A stretch of DNA of 64,000 bases from Antedon mediterranea (Eukaryota; Animalia; Echinodermata): the NCBI RefSeq assembly GCF_964355755.1, contig NC_092680.1:21213045-21277044 (forward strand). The letters are read 5' to 3'. This document shows positions 37,795-52,851 of this stretch, in pieces (the first letter of the stretch is position 1; the number at the start of each line of letters is the position of its first letter). Made by a program: the position numbers and the translations under genes. The notes beneath the pieces are model-generated. The model had not been told where the DNA came from and did not search any database. It was given only the letters and a program-made list of their open reading frames with translations.

Positions 37795-40247
37795 TAGATT
37801 GTCAAGCTTGTCCGCTTGTAGGCCTAAATATAATAGTCGGTATTGGTGGTAATAAACGTGATAAATGCCACGAAGAAGTAGACAAAAACTCACTGATAAT
37901 ATTTAGCAATTATTTTATTAACATATTTTATAATTTTATCAGAATCTTTATTTATACAAGTTTACACTCCAAACAAACACAGAGTTGAATGACAATAAGT
38001 GGCGGGTCAGCAATTACACAACAGTCTAAACGTAAACGTAACTTAAAATGTAATAAATATTATAAATATTCTCAAAATGATATTCAATAAGATCAAATAA
38101 AGAGAGACATATAAAGTGACGTCACAAATTTAATATCACGTGCAAAGTTCATAAAGTATTCCAACTGTTATTCTTTCTATGATAAATTATGCTATTTAAA
38201 CTTATGACTATTTAAACTTTTGACTATTTAAACTTACATGTGCTGTAATTTGTAATATTTTATGTTCGGTGTAAGTTAAATTTTATTTGATTATTCAGAA
38301 GCAATGTTATAGCATTCTGTAATGATGACAAGAATGTTGATTTATTTAACGTATTGGGTTTGAACCAACCTGGTTTATGACAAAATTAAATAGTTCAAAA
38401 TAAACAATAAAGCAACTACAGTGTATGTACTTAATATTTCTTAAATGCTCCAGGGTACTTAAGTGAAATCAATTTAATGGAAACACTTTCACTAATGATA
38501 TTCTAGCATGTCTACAATATTACTGATTATATCAGATATTTTAAACTAAAAATAACATTTTATTTCATTGCTACAAAAGTGTAAAATTACTAGTTCTAAA
38601 TGTTTTCTTTTCAAGACATCTTCAAATGCCTGACAGACAGTAAAATATCTTTTATCCAAAATGGCATTTCATGTTTAATTTTGATGGGCATTTGTGGTTA
38701 CAAACATTATATAACATTTACAATGACAAGAACAAACATAAACAGGCCTATTCATAAATAAATAATTTAAAGAATTTTATATTTTTAAACAACAAATAAA
38801 AATTAAGTTGGTATTAAAAAATTGAACAATAACTTGTAAAAAATTAATTTTAATGGATATGTATTTCATCAATCTATCACTGAGTTAATACATTGCAGTT
38901 TAATTAGAAAAATTAAATACTCTATGGTACTTTACCTACAACACTAAAACATGGTTGCGAGTGCTTAATGATTGTATGATAATTCCAGTGCAAATATTCC
39001 AATACAAATTAACATTAATTAAACATTTTAAATGTTGATTTAATCTAGATATTTACAATATTTTTATAATTATAATACATCACTTCTTTTTAACATCCCA
39101 TTATTGGACAGATAATTTTATCATAACATTTTTAAATTGGTTTTGAAATCATTTTGTTGCATTTGTATATCAATACAAATAACGTAATTTTCCTAGAATG
39201 CATACATTTTATAATGCAGCAAATTTTACTTTTATTCTTTTTGATAAATTTACAATATTATACTACCGTTTGATTTAGCATTTTATATCATAGCAAGTAT
39301 AAAATACTGATATACAGAGTCTGACATTTGAGAATATAATATTTTGGCTAAAATTGCTTTAACAAAATTAATAAAATGTTACCTCTACACATTGTGAAGA
39401 TAATCATTGAAATACTTGTTACATATTAGTTACAGTATATACTTATATTAACTGTTACAATTATATATATAAAGCAAGTATGTATTCTATGAAATTGAAA
39501 CAGGTCAATTATGGATGTCCCTACATGCATTGCAATATCACCATGGCAACCAGGTGCAATGAACTCTTCAGTCAATCTAAGAAGCGGTTTGATGGTCATT
39601 TGCAATTCAACTTCAGATAGTTACTATCCTCTGCTTGCATTAGTGCAGCTATAAATCAGCTGTTTAGATTTCAATATGCATTGATTGTATTGCTTTCTTT
39701 CGTGAATCTATGTGAATTCTCCCGTAGTTACGAATGAAGAATGATGTAGCCTGCTGTATATTAATGCAGACAAGCGCCTCCAACAGTCGGCGGACGGTAT
39801 CATAAGTACACATTCACTCCATTACAACAATGTCACTCACTCTGCAAAGAAACCAAAAAAATTATGAAATTATTTATTTATTCAAGAACTTCTTCATTCA
39901 AAATGTAGCTAACGGCAGAGAGGCTCTATACAGAAAAAGCTAAGCATCTACAATACATTAAACATCAAACAACATTTTCATAAAAGATAAAATTGATGAC
40001 TATAATGGGTCAAACTTAAAGTCTTTCTGACTTATATGACCCCCCCCCCCCACCCCCACCCCTCCCACATGATTACTTTATTGTATTTATTATCCTGTAT
40101 GTTATTATATTGTGGAAATATTGAATTAAATTTAATAAAATTGGCAACATTCAATAAAGATCAAAGAGTTTCGCTGCTTCAAAAGATTATAGTTACATAA
40201 CAAGGAGGAATGTCAGAGTGTAAATTTGAGATCTGAAGACAAAATGT

Positions 40248-41823
40248 AACTAGACATGTAACTCGTCACTTTGACGAGTTTGGTTATCCGCCGCGCAAGT
40301 GGTGCAACATTAACATTAAGGGGATAGGTTGAGGACAAAAGGAAGTGTTCACGTTGGCATTATGACCTGAACTGAAGAATATGATATGTTGTTATTGCTG
40401 AATTTTATTATTTAAATTCATATATAGTATACACAGTATAATCTGTATCCATATCACATACAGTGACATACATAGAATAGGCGAAATTACGGGACCCGTT
40501 ATTTATTGCAATTTTTAACATGTTGACGGTTTTAAAATGAAACGCGAAGGTAGCAATTCCGAAAGGAAATTATCTCAGCAACAACGTATTAGCGTGTAGA
40601 AGAAATTTGAATACGTGAAATATTGATGCGCGCTCGTTTAAATGTAATGAATTATGACGCAAAAGATGAAAATACGACCTTTTTTATTTTACTGGCCATA
40701 TGATGACGTCACAACATCCGATTGGCAACATTTTTACATAATTTTGTATCTACAATCCAATAGCTTCCAGAAAAAGTTTTAATCGTGATTATCACATTTT
40801 ATTCTTACGAGCTATAACAGATTAAAATTTACTGTAAAGATGAAATTAATGCCACACGTGATTTAAATTTTTAGGCATGATGACGTCAAAAAAATTAAAA
40901 TATTTTTAACTCATGCGAAAGATACTTGATTGACCTAGACAATATTAAAATCGGGGTGAAAATGGAAAACGGATAAGTGGAGATGCGCTCTATTCAATGT
41001 GATGAGCTATGACGAAAGATACAAAAATCCTAAATTTTATATTCGCAAGGCCATACGATGACGTCACAATGTCCGGTTAGCCATATTAGTACCTGATCCG
41101 ACATCTACAACTCATCTACTTCTAGAATATGTCATCCACAAAAATTTGACCGTCTAGTTTAGAAAGTACGACTGTTTTAAAAAAGGCATATTTTAAACGA
41201 ATTTTTTAACCTTTTCATAAAAAACGCGCGCAAATTGTCCAATTCGACGTGCTCGTATGACGTATCTTTAAGTCGAAATTGTTTAAAATTTTGTAAAATT
41301 ACTAGAAAAGGCTGGAAAAACATAAATCACGCGAAAAAAATACGTTTTCAATGCTACGTGCGCACCGCACACGTAAAATTATGCGCACGCGTGGGAATTT
41401 TTGACATGCTTAAACCGACATGAAACGCGTAGAAAGTTGATTAGAAAATAATTTTGCGCATTTTGAAATTTTAAATGCGCGTGCGCGCGTAACTTTGTGT
41501 AAAACACGGAATTTTTTTTCAACAGAAAGTTAGCGCATGATATAAATTAAACTTTTGCAAAGTTTCAAGTTGAAATGTTATTTGGTTGTCGAGCTATGTT
41601 AAATACGAAAAAATCGTTAAATCGCGCGTAAGTCACGTTGCGCAATTGTAAACGTCATGAAAAGCTTCGCTTGACGACGTTACGTAAATGTCAATATGTT
41701 AAGATAGTTACCGAAATGTTATGTTTGCGAGTTTTAGAGAAAAGCGTTACACAAAAATCATACAGAATGATTTCGTACAATCACAAGAGGTTATCCTGCA
41801 ACTTCGTTGCGGATAACCAAAAA
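40248..41823 (-). mobile_element. Helentron-associated non-autonomous element (HINE/DINE-1-like), ~1.57 kb
   Basis: Read on the minus strand: a T-run, subTIR TGGTTATCCGC with nearby partial inverted copy GGATAACC, and an internal ~355-bp duplicated core (40625/40982). Then a second subTIR (40281-40291), stem-loop AACTCGTCA-CTT-TGACGAGTT (40260-40280) and terminal CTAGTT. No TSD. Confidence 0.78.
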
Positions 41824-43129
41824 GCTAGTATAGTTGATATAATAAATCACAGTTATTATTGATCAATGTTAATTGGCTTTGGTCGTTAGTGATTCACTTA
41901 CTGTACATAAGTGAATTAATTATTTTCATTTTTTTGCTTTGTAATATTGTGTTACAGTATTAGGTATTGATTGAACTACAAATTGTAATAGATTTGTGAT
42001 AATAATTATGAAAATGCAAACAATAATGAATATTATGAATGCATTATACAATAGTGGGTTAATAATAATATGGAAGTACGGTACTTTGTCAATAAAATAA
42101 ATATCAAAATAGGTAGAAATAAGATACATAATAAGCATTGTAAGCAGCTACATAGTAATTACTTTGAAATTAATTTAAAAACTTATTTATTTGGCAAGTT
42201 TAAAAATAAATTTAAAAACGATCTGATTTTTTGTGAATTAAATTGTGTCGAAAATATTTTTAAACCCTCAGTATCGGTTTAATAATAATAATATCATGGA
42301 TTTATATAAGTGCTTGAAACCTCTAAGCGCTGAACATTATTACCCCAGTCATGTTTTTAGATCAAACATGTATGGAACATTTACATATAGTAGCCTACTT
42401 CTAGTGTAATCAACTCCAATTAATGATGACTGCTATTTATTTGTACATAAATAAACAATCTCTGTATAATATCATTTTCATTATGAATTGCATGCCTGGG
42501 CTGTGAACCTTTGACTTATGTCACCTGTCTGGTTTGCCATCACAATAGCATGATATGATTCAATTAAGGAGCTACCTCCCTTGCATAGCTGTCTGCCACA
42601 CTTCATGTTACCTCAATGTTTTCACAGAGTTCTCGTCAAAATACCCCAGGCAAGTGAGCGCACAGAACCCATTTATAGATGCACTCTGTACTCGCATCCT
42701 AATTTAGCATTTTATGAACTACAATCAGGGTAAGCTTGTGAGCAAGTGAATAACTTGGAAAGATTGTTAGAACGAGGAATAAATATACAATATAAGGTAA
42801 CTATAGTTTAATAAAAATGGCTATAGGAATTCACAAAAAAAGAATACAGTGTGCTTGACCTTGCATTGACCTTTCCCAGGGTCTAACAGGAAGTGAAATA
42901 TATTATACTGTATTGCAATGAAGTGTTTACACTCTAGCTGCAATATAACGAATAATGAAGGCATATGCTAGAAATGAAATTTTTATGTGAGAAATAATTA
43001 TTGGAAAATAAAGTAAATAGTAAAAATTTAAATTTAGTAACTTCCATTTTGCTGTCTTCTAAAATATGTTAAAATATAAAAAGAATAAAAAAAGGAGTCA
43101 GATAAAACAAGGGTACTCCTAAAGCGACT

Positions 43130-44150
43130 GTGGAAAACATTTTGAGAAGCCTATCAATTTACAAGAAACTGATGAGCTTTATTAATCACCATCAAATATT
43201 GATAACAGGGAGTTGCAACTCTGCTGAAATATTATCTTCTTCTTATTATCAACCCAGTTTAATAATACAACTTCACATCAATAGTCATTTGTTTAAAATC
43301 TGTTCTTAATTGGATTCCGGAAACAAATAAAAGAAGTAGGTCTGTATTAATTTATATGCTTTACAAGGTTCACGATGACAATATTATTTAATTAGACATT
43401 GTCCTGTTTTACTGCTGTATTTTGATATCTTCACTGGAAGACAACAAAACCTACCAGGATTGTCCTGTCGCAGCCTAAGGTAAAAAATAAGCTAAGATAA
43501 TCCTCCCTTCTTTTCAGGAACCACTTAGTAAATCTTAAAATGGATATTTCAGTAATAAATATTGAGTAAAGTATGAATACTTAGAGGACGTTTGATGCAA
43601 TTAAATGGCTGCGGACTAAATTAGAGAAAGGGTGTCTGTATAATGGAGTTATGAACAACACAAAGCAACTGTTTGTCAAGTTTAATAAGCTGTAGCCTAC
43701 ATTTTATTTGGTTCAATGTTCATGAGGACAGAGTATGTCATTCAAGGAAGTAGGATAAATCAATGGATATTATGCAGTTGTACAATTTCATTTGTTTTGC
43801 TACACTGAACATGATAGACATAAGCTCTTGCAAAATTTATTACAAAAAAATACAAAACAGTTCTTGGCAAGAAGATAATATTAACATAGAAAGTTTGATC
43901 TTAAATAATAAAAAAAGAAAGCACTGTAGACCAATAACAAAGCAATTAAGACTAGAAGAAGAGTAGGAGGAAAAATACAAGCCATTTGACAAAGTATTTC
44001 AAGTCTCAAACCCTTACAAAATACTAATTGTACATGACAGTTAAAATTCAATTACGATTTGCAGAAAGAATATTCCACAGATCAACGACCGTGATTGAAC
44101 CACACATGCTCAGTTGGAGTGAAGATTATCTAGACAAGGGTATTGTTATG
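43130..44150 (-). mobile_element. Highly decayed CR1/L2-type LINE remnant
   Basis: Minus strand near 44070-44095 reads ..VVDLWNIL.., typical of the CR1 ORF2 tail. Weaker RT-like fragments lie elsewhere in the interval. Many stops. Confidence 0.35.
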
Positions 44151-45049
44151 AATTAATAAAGAAGAGATAGTCATTTAGTTTGTGATATGATTGATTCAAT
44201 ACAAGGTTATATTATAATAGTTTGCTTTCAATAACATGTTTATGTTCTGAAGGTATTGATCAATCTCTTCATAATATCATCTTTGTTTTCAGTTTAGATT
44301 GTATGTTAGTTGATGCTTAGTTGATATTAATAACAAGCAACCCGAACCCTGAAAACGTTGACAATTTTCAAAAATACAATTGGGGTAAAAAAACAGAGAC
44401 TACTGTATACATATAAATATATATTAACAGGTTAAAACCTCTCAATGAATTTAGTATTCAATTCAATTGATTAAAAGAAAAAAAAAGATATATATTTTAA
44501 CTACTGTAATTCAGATGAAACTAGCCCATATCCATCCAGCATATTCGTGATCCATCATAGCCAAACCAAACACATTACTGTCTAGGACACTTTAGGCACA
44601 CAAAACATTAAATCATTTATGTTTACAGTAGATCAACTTGGCTATAATAATGTTTACTTGCTTTAAACCAATATAATCAATCTGAATTTATAAGAAAATG
44701 TAAATTATTGCTAGATTTACATAAAATAATAATCCATGGTTATTGAGTTTGGGAATCAAACATCGTGGAAGACATCAAGTCAAGTTCATACCGAAACTAG
44801 TGAAATTTGAAATTGTAATATGTAATCAATAATTAGGCCGAGACGACACCATAATAATTATTCACAACACAAATTAATTACTTAATTACACTTGGTTTGT
44901 AATATATTGATTGGTTAAATTTTCTAATCAATTTGTTATTGTGTGAACTTCGTGAGGTGTAGCTGGGCTCTTGTTAAGTGTAACAGAATGTATTTAAACT
45001 ACAGCATTATAGCAGGAGTTCAACTCCCTGATTATACAATGTAAATGTT

Positions 45050-45400
45050 TAAAAAGGGTGCCAGTATTTTATCAACGGTGATCTCCATATCCTCATAAGA
45101 ATTAAAGTGGTGCAGTGGTCACAAAATAAAGGAACAATTCCATCAGGCCACTGGGTTATCAAAAGACTCTGTTGAAACCTTACCAACTGTACTGGGTATG
45201 GTATAGCTCCTCCCCACCACCCATACCTAAACACTACTTGGAATTTTGAAACAGCCTTTCAACTTCAATGCTCAGGCATCGTTCTTTAATTCTCTTTTGG
45301 CTATCCAACATGTTTCATCTTTACTTCTTTCAAGCATTTCCTCAAAACCATCTTCTTTCAAATGGTCAATTAATCTGAAATTCCTCCTTTTTTAAATATA
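45050..45400 (+). mobile_element. Decayed L2/CR1 LINE 3' end
   Basis: Plus frame ends FTSFKHFLKTIFFQ*, resembling the SFKxxLKTxLF terminal motif of L2/CR1 ORF2. Confidence 0.35.
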
Positions 45401-47051
45401 TGAATTTTATTATTTGTTTATTAAATGTATTATTCTACTGGATGGACCACCCTCATAAAATACTGAACAGGTGAACTAAAATATAAAATAAATAAATAGC
45501 TATTATTTGTTATCATTCAAAATATTTTCAAATTTGATAATAAAACCATGGTTACAAAAGTAGTTCAAGATAAGACAAACATGAACTCAAACTCCATTTT
45601 CTGCAAGTCAGCGAATCCTGGATCTCAAACTGTGCGACTTCAATACAGTTTATTCAGAACTGTGTGGTAGATGTTTAAAAATAGATATGAAGTCATGCTG
45701 TGTTTTGACAACACCGTGAGTCATTGCGTATTGGTGGACACCGACTAAGAACCAATTATTTTAAAAGTATAACGAGATAGATGTACAGGTGTAAAGCAAC
45801 AGCGCTTCAAACAAGTATTATCTTGCGATTCATACACGATGAGTAATACTAATACTATCATTGCTTGCCTTGATGAATGGATATAATCAATAATCATGTT
45901 GTTGTTGTGGAATCATTTTACTTCACTTTAAGGGCGTGACCAAGTGGAGTGGAATATTAATGAGACATTAGAATCAAGGAGATATTACAGATAATACTGC
46001 ATTTAGAAGATTAAATAAATAGTAATTAGATAAAAATTAATTAACTGAAGTGTGGTATGGTGAATACACTTGTGACATACAGTGAGGTTTGTGGTAATTA
46101 ATCAAGTAATAATCTCATACAGTTTGCCACATTTCAGTGGCGGATCCAAGATTTAGAAAAAAAAGTGGGGGGTGGGAGTGGGGGTAGGGCCTAAAAGTAG
46201 TAAAATGAAGTGTTGAACTTAAATTGATGTCCTATCTTTTGCATTACACTATTTGTGAAATTTTCTGCTGCATAAACATCTTCTTCAATACTGTACTCAG
46301 AGAGGAACAAGAAAATAAATGGAAGAAATCAACAAGTGAAACATCTTCATGAAACTGATACATTATTGGTAGTTTTGAATTGAATTATTGTTTCATTAAT
46401 AATACAGCTGGCAAACCACTTTGATGATTAATACCCAGAACTAATTATAATGATAAACATTTTGCATAATTTTAGTACAGCCTCACATAGAACCTTGGGC
46501 AGATTAATAGAAAATATGTTTCAGCAAAAAAATAAGTTAGGTTTAATGGGCTTAACAATAACAAATAAAATGCCAGAAAATTCTAAAGACAGAGGTGCAC
46601 ATTCGTTTTCCTTTCCTTTTCCCAACATACTAGGTTCACGGAATAAGTAGGATACGCACAGGATCATTCTATATGTATAAGAGTTTGAATGTTGGTGGTT
46701 GATATTGTTTGAGATACAAATGTTTGGGCACGATATTGATCTAATACACAGCATAAATGCTAATAATAAATTAAAACCAATTAATAATATATAGCATATT
46801 GTGTTTTGAGGGTGTGGTAACTAACAGTGACTCATCCAAACAATTTAACTTGTGTAAGTAGAGGAAATCCGATAAAAAAGAACAATAACAAATTTACAAT
46901 GGAAATGTGTAGTATGGTTGTACTCTTTGTGTAATGTAATAAATTATTATAGGAATGATAAAGCAGATATAATGTTATGCTAACAAAGGGCTGTTAAAGT
47001 GAAGACTTAGATGATTTGCTGGTACTGTAGTTGGAATAAAATATAGCACTA

Positions 47052-47213
47052 ACCCTCGGTCCACACTATCAAACTTTATGTCACAAAAAATGTGATGTGC
47101 CCATATATGGACATGATGATGTCATATCACTAACCATATTTGAACATATTACTACCATGCATTGGCACATCACACTTTTTTTTGTCAAACCCATTTGATA
47201 AGTGTAGACAGAG
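47052..47213. mobile_element. MITE family A copy
   Basis: CACACTATCAAACTTTATG..TTTGATAAGTGTAGACAGAG. Confidence 0.8.
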
Positions 47214-50200
47214 AAATTTAGAGTTTTAAGTATTACAAATAACATGTGATGAAACAAATGATTTTGTACACAATTTCAGTTTTAGATCATACCAAAAATT
47301 GTACAAATAACCAACGTTTAATACAGAGGATATTTTTATGAGTTTTGACTGCTTCTTTTCAACGAGTTGAATAGAAGGCTTTCAGCAAATCATTATTGAA
47401 TTGAAGGTGTCGCACATAGATGTCTGAAAGTCACAAAAAGCTCACCATACAATAATACCATACAATAATACCTCTAAATCACTAATAATAATTTGCATGG
47501 CTCGTGATAGGAAACCAACTGATCCAATGACAAGGTGTGTTAAAAATAAAAATTAATGATAGTTGCAAACTGTTGTTGTTATTGTTATTGATATCCTTGC
47601 TGTGTAATTGAACTTTACTCATTAAGACACTCCTGATTTCTAAACCCTCACTTCCTGGTATTGACAGATCAGCATAGGTAATTGTACATTGAGTCTTGAA
47701 AAACATGTATTTCTTGGAATAAACACAGGTGGCATGTAAACAAGGAAATCATACTTTATTACAGCCAAGAGTCATTGGATTCATGCTAAAGAACTATTTA
47801 CAATAAATTTAAAAAAACTTGAAATATTAAACACAGACTTGGGGAACCAGGGGGGGGGGGGGGAAATGCTAGATTACTAAATATTAAAAATGACAACATT
47901 ATTTCTTTGTTAATGATGCAATCAATTTCCGATTAGACAACCAATATACCTTCCTCCAATGTATTATTGTACTGTATTCATAGGAGATAGAAATCTCCAA
48001 ACAAAGATAACTATTGTATGAGTAAAACTGTGTATAGTTTAAAATGCAATGGAACACATCAATTCAACATTCAATTCAACAAAAAAAAGGACTATAAAGT
48101 ATTTAGTACAGTATTTACTATGAAATTGCATTCAGGGAAACCAGACTATGAAAACCAATGTTGGGTCAGCACATTTGATGCTGTAATGATATTGTTTAAT
48201 ATAATACAGGTATTGTGTTCAGACATGAGTCATCAATACACACCTTTACCAGATGTTAACATCCTTTCACACCTTAAATGGTGAGTGCAATATTTTCAAG
48301 TTCCTTGCACTTCCCAAAAATCCCAGGGTAGTTTTATGACGCTGCTTTACACAGTAAATTTTTTGTTTTTAATGATGATTCAGTAAATGAATTATAAATG
48401 CAATGTATGTAAATTGTGAAAGTGAAATGTCTGCTTTCCAAGAACTTTAAAGTAGTTTTGCATTTTCAATTAGGTATACACCTTACATTACCATGTGCAA
48501 TTTTGTCAATGCATTTTATATACTGTATATTATTTTTAATGAGTGTCTATTACTATTAGTATTATCCTTAAAAAATATTAAAATTATATTAATTTTTTCG
48601 TTAATCTTGTGCTTAGGATTATATCGACACACCTGACTAGCCTCTGGCTTCAAACCTGGCTGCTGACCTAGGTAAGGTCAAATCTGAATCCAACACAAGG
48701 TCAAATACAAGTTCATTCCATATCCTGTTTTATTCAAGATCAGTTTGGTTTTAGGCTTCTTAACCCCGGATAACAAATTCAATGAGTTAGAATAGAGTGT
48801 AAAAGATTCTCTAAACAAAGCTGTTAATACCATTAGTCAAGTAGATGAGTGTGTATCATGTGTTTTTTACAGCGACCACAAAAAAAAGTTTTTATACACT
48901 GATGATGAATAAATGAACTTGAATAAAAGACTTTCAATGAATTCATTGTTAAAAACAACAAAATGGAAAACTCTTTAACAGACTCATGCTTCTGTTTTTC
49001 TTCTATTCAATTCTTTGTCATAGTTAGATAGATATTCCAGATGTAGATGTACAAAGGGGTAAACTATTCTGTAACACAAAATATAAAATCAAATCCGAAA
49101 TTAAAAACATTGTTGAACTCTCAACATAGGTCAACAAAACCAAAGTAAGAGAATAGTTAATGAGAAGACCAAAGAAATCCACATGGATTTGACGCCGGCC
49201 ACTCTAATTTAAATGTGAATGTCGATCTGCTAATGGATGGTGTGAATTAGAACATTTAAATGGCACGTGTTATCAGCAAAACCCATTGGGACTTAATGTC
49301 AGTTCAGGCGCTTTCTGTGATCACCCGATGTTGTGCACGAAATGATTGTTATTATCAAATTTATGTCTTTTTTAATAGTAGTGGGTAGATATATCCAAAG
49401 ATGCTCTGAAAACTGTATTTGATCTTTTGAATAAAATGAAAACATATAAATCATCACAAAGAAGTATCCTACTACAAAATTATTATTACAAAATATAATT
49501 ATTACAACTAAATAAATGTATATATATTTTGTTTGTGTTTTCCTATTTCCTAGCAAATACAATATTTAACATAAACCGAGATTGATTTTTTTTTTTGGAG
49601 TGGGTGGGGGGTTGTGCATGGGATGAGTGTTACCCAATTTGCAACAAAATCATCCCATGCATAATAGGCAAAAGGCAGGTATAAATGTGGTAACATTAAA
49701 CAATGTTTTTGACTTGTTTCAAGATCATAGACTCAACAAAAACGATTTTTTTTTCATAGTTTAAAATGGAAATTACTGTACATCTGCACTATGAGTAAAT
49801 CTTAATTATAACTAGACAGAAGTTACTAACTAAATTTATGAGGCATGTGATGCAATGATACTGTTGGTCTTAATAAGATGAATCCTATACAAACATTACA
49901 TTTTAAAAATGCTATTTTTTATTTTTTACCAACTACATTTCGTGGCAATTTAGTTTCATGATTACATTAATTAAATTTAAATTGTTTATTTAATTAAGAC
50001 AATTAATTTTAATTACGTTTCAGGTATGTGGTATATAATCATGAAGCAGAGGTTAGAGAGTAAGCCTACGGGTGAATGAGATACCACCAAACTCAATAAC
50101 ATTCCTAGGTGTTTAAAACTCCAGGGTCCTTAAACATGAGTATTCCACTACCCTAGGTAACCCCATCAGGTATTGTTTATGGGCCTTGGAATTCACAGAG

Positions 50201-52851
50201 GTGGCCAATTTGGTTGTGTGTCTTAAAATAGGGGTACAATGTACACCAAAATATGTATCCACAAAACCATGTTGAAATCAGTGTAAATTATAAATATTTC
50301 AAGATACATTTCCCTATTATCATCTTAAGTTCCTTAAAGTTATTTTTGCTTGCTTTATTGTTGTTATTATTACTGATTACTGTTTTTAAATATCAAGTAT
50401 TTCTGTACTTTGTTTTTATTTATTAGGGTATCTGTTTAAAGCTTCGATTACTTTGAGCTCCATTTTCTATAGCTTTTGATAAGATATGTTTTTAAAAATA
50501 AAATTGATTGATTGGCGATCACACAATAATCGTCAAATGAAATATAAAATAAATGTGTGGAAATAAAACATAAAATAGCAGATGGTACAGTATGTGAAAG
50601 AAGTGCTCTAATATATATGGCATGACAAAGAAAAACAATTGCTGAAAACAGGCTATACACATAACTGGCATTTCTAGATTAATTTTTAAAATGATTGGTT
50701 GTTGTTGAACAAAAATATTTCAAAGTAAAGAAAGTATTCAGTACATGTAAATACTTTCTAAACAAATAACATTCTGGTTATAGATGGTTTTGCTAATTGA
50801 ATATTTTCAAAAGCAATGATTAATATGTTACTTGCTTGTTAAAGATTAGTACAGAAAGGAGGACAAACAGGCAATAAATCTTTGATAAACAATACAAAAC
50901 CAATTCAATATAACATTTATTTCTTTTCTCTTTAAAGAAAATGTACTGTATAGAGTCAAAATACACACTGAAAGTAATTGAAAAGTCTCCAATCTTACTT
51001 GTGATTGGAGCACTGAATATTTGTCTAGCTAGTTTGGTTGTTTCTGAAGGTTGATAATTAATAAGTACCTGCAGGTTATTTGTTGTTTTGACTTTTTTTA
51101 AAGTTAAAGGTAAACATAATCGAAATATGCCTAACTGAATATTAAGATTTATATTTTTGTTTTATGAGCAGCAATATCTTTTAATTTTAAAAACACTAAA
51201 ATTACATAATATTTGACCTTTAACATTAAGTGCTATTCCTGCATGACAGGTATCAAATCAGGTTCACTTCCTATTCCTTGATTTTAGTATTAAATATCAT
51301 TTCCTTTGTTTTTCTAGTATTTTGCTTTGTAATTTGCCATTTTAAGTGCAGTGTACAAATCTATGAGAAAGGGATTACATGTATTCTTCCCTTGGGATGT
51401 TTAATGGGTTTTGTTGTTACAATAATCCGCTGTACCCTTGATGTCAATGTCCTGAGTAAATGTATGTAATTAGATATTTGTTCATTAATCAATTATAATT
51501 AGTAGCCACTTTGTAATCCCTCTTTCATTGAGTTATTTCTGCCTTTCATCTTTCATTCACCATAATTTATTAGTCACTCATAAATTAGTGAAGACAGATT
51601 GTTCTATTTATCTATAATTAATGACGTCGTTAAATTATTGTACACAATATTGCTAATAAAACAATGTATACTCTACATTGTGATGATGATCCAATAAAGA
51701 TTGAAATGTTGAATCAATGATTTTACTCTCATATTGGAGAAATGTTTTACTGTTCTACTGTACTATACTCTACTATAGTAATTATATAACATTATAAAGA
51801 TTCTAACAACGAATGAAGCTCTTAAACTGGTTATAAAGTATGGCATGTAATGTAAGTTACATACAGCGGAAGTTTGATACACTTATATAGCACGGTTAGA
51901 GGGGACTATCATAAAGATAAAGGCTTAATGATTGTTAAACAAAAGCTTATAAGTTTCCTATATTGGCCGGACTAACTTCCTATCTTATCAGGATGATGGT
52001 TAGCATTGTAACCTACGATGGAACGGATGACAGGCAACAAGTCATGGGTGACACTCACAAACAAACAGATAATTATATTACAGTATTTTAATAGATACAG
52101 ATCACCAGAACAAAGCATACCTCTCCTCACTACTTTTGACTCTCTATTCGTAGTGGGCTAACCTACAGATTTGCATCAATGACTTTATTTCCATTCACAA
52201 TACACAATTATAATAATTGCATTTCATTTTTAATGGAGAGAGTATTATTAGCATTACAATCAGAAAGAGACTTAGCACACTTTAAAAATTGTGTAAAGTG
52301 AGTTTAAACAAAGTGGAAATTCAATAACGGTATAGTCTAGTAGTTTGTTGAAAAACATGTAAATCCTACTCCATTTACTGAACGACGAAGAAGATATATC
52401 AGCCTTTGAATTACTTGTGCCATTTCCATCAAATGTACAGTATGGTGTAAATGATAGCTATCAATTAATGCTAGATATAAATTAAATGAAACATTTGCCA
52501 AAGAGACAGAATGTTTTCAATATTTATTGAATGTTATGCAAATTATGAAAGCAACTGAAAATAATTCATACATGAAAACAAACATTCATGATATAAATAA
52601 AATACTGTAATTATGGTAATTCAAAATACAACAACAGTTTTACTGAATGTAAATTGAACTGCAGAATTGTAAGTTTATCACAACTTTATGCTAATGTGAT
52701 GTATGCCATATAAAATATTCTCATAATATTAAGGGTACACTGTATGGTAATCTATTTTTAGTTGAAGGTTATTCAATACTGTGCGTGGAACTGTTTAGAT
52801 TTCTTACTAAAAAATAGAAAAAAATGAAAAACTTACCAGTTTGGTAACTGT

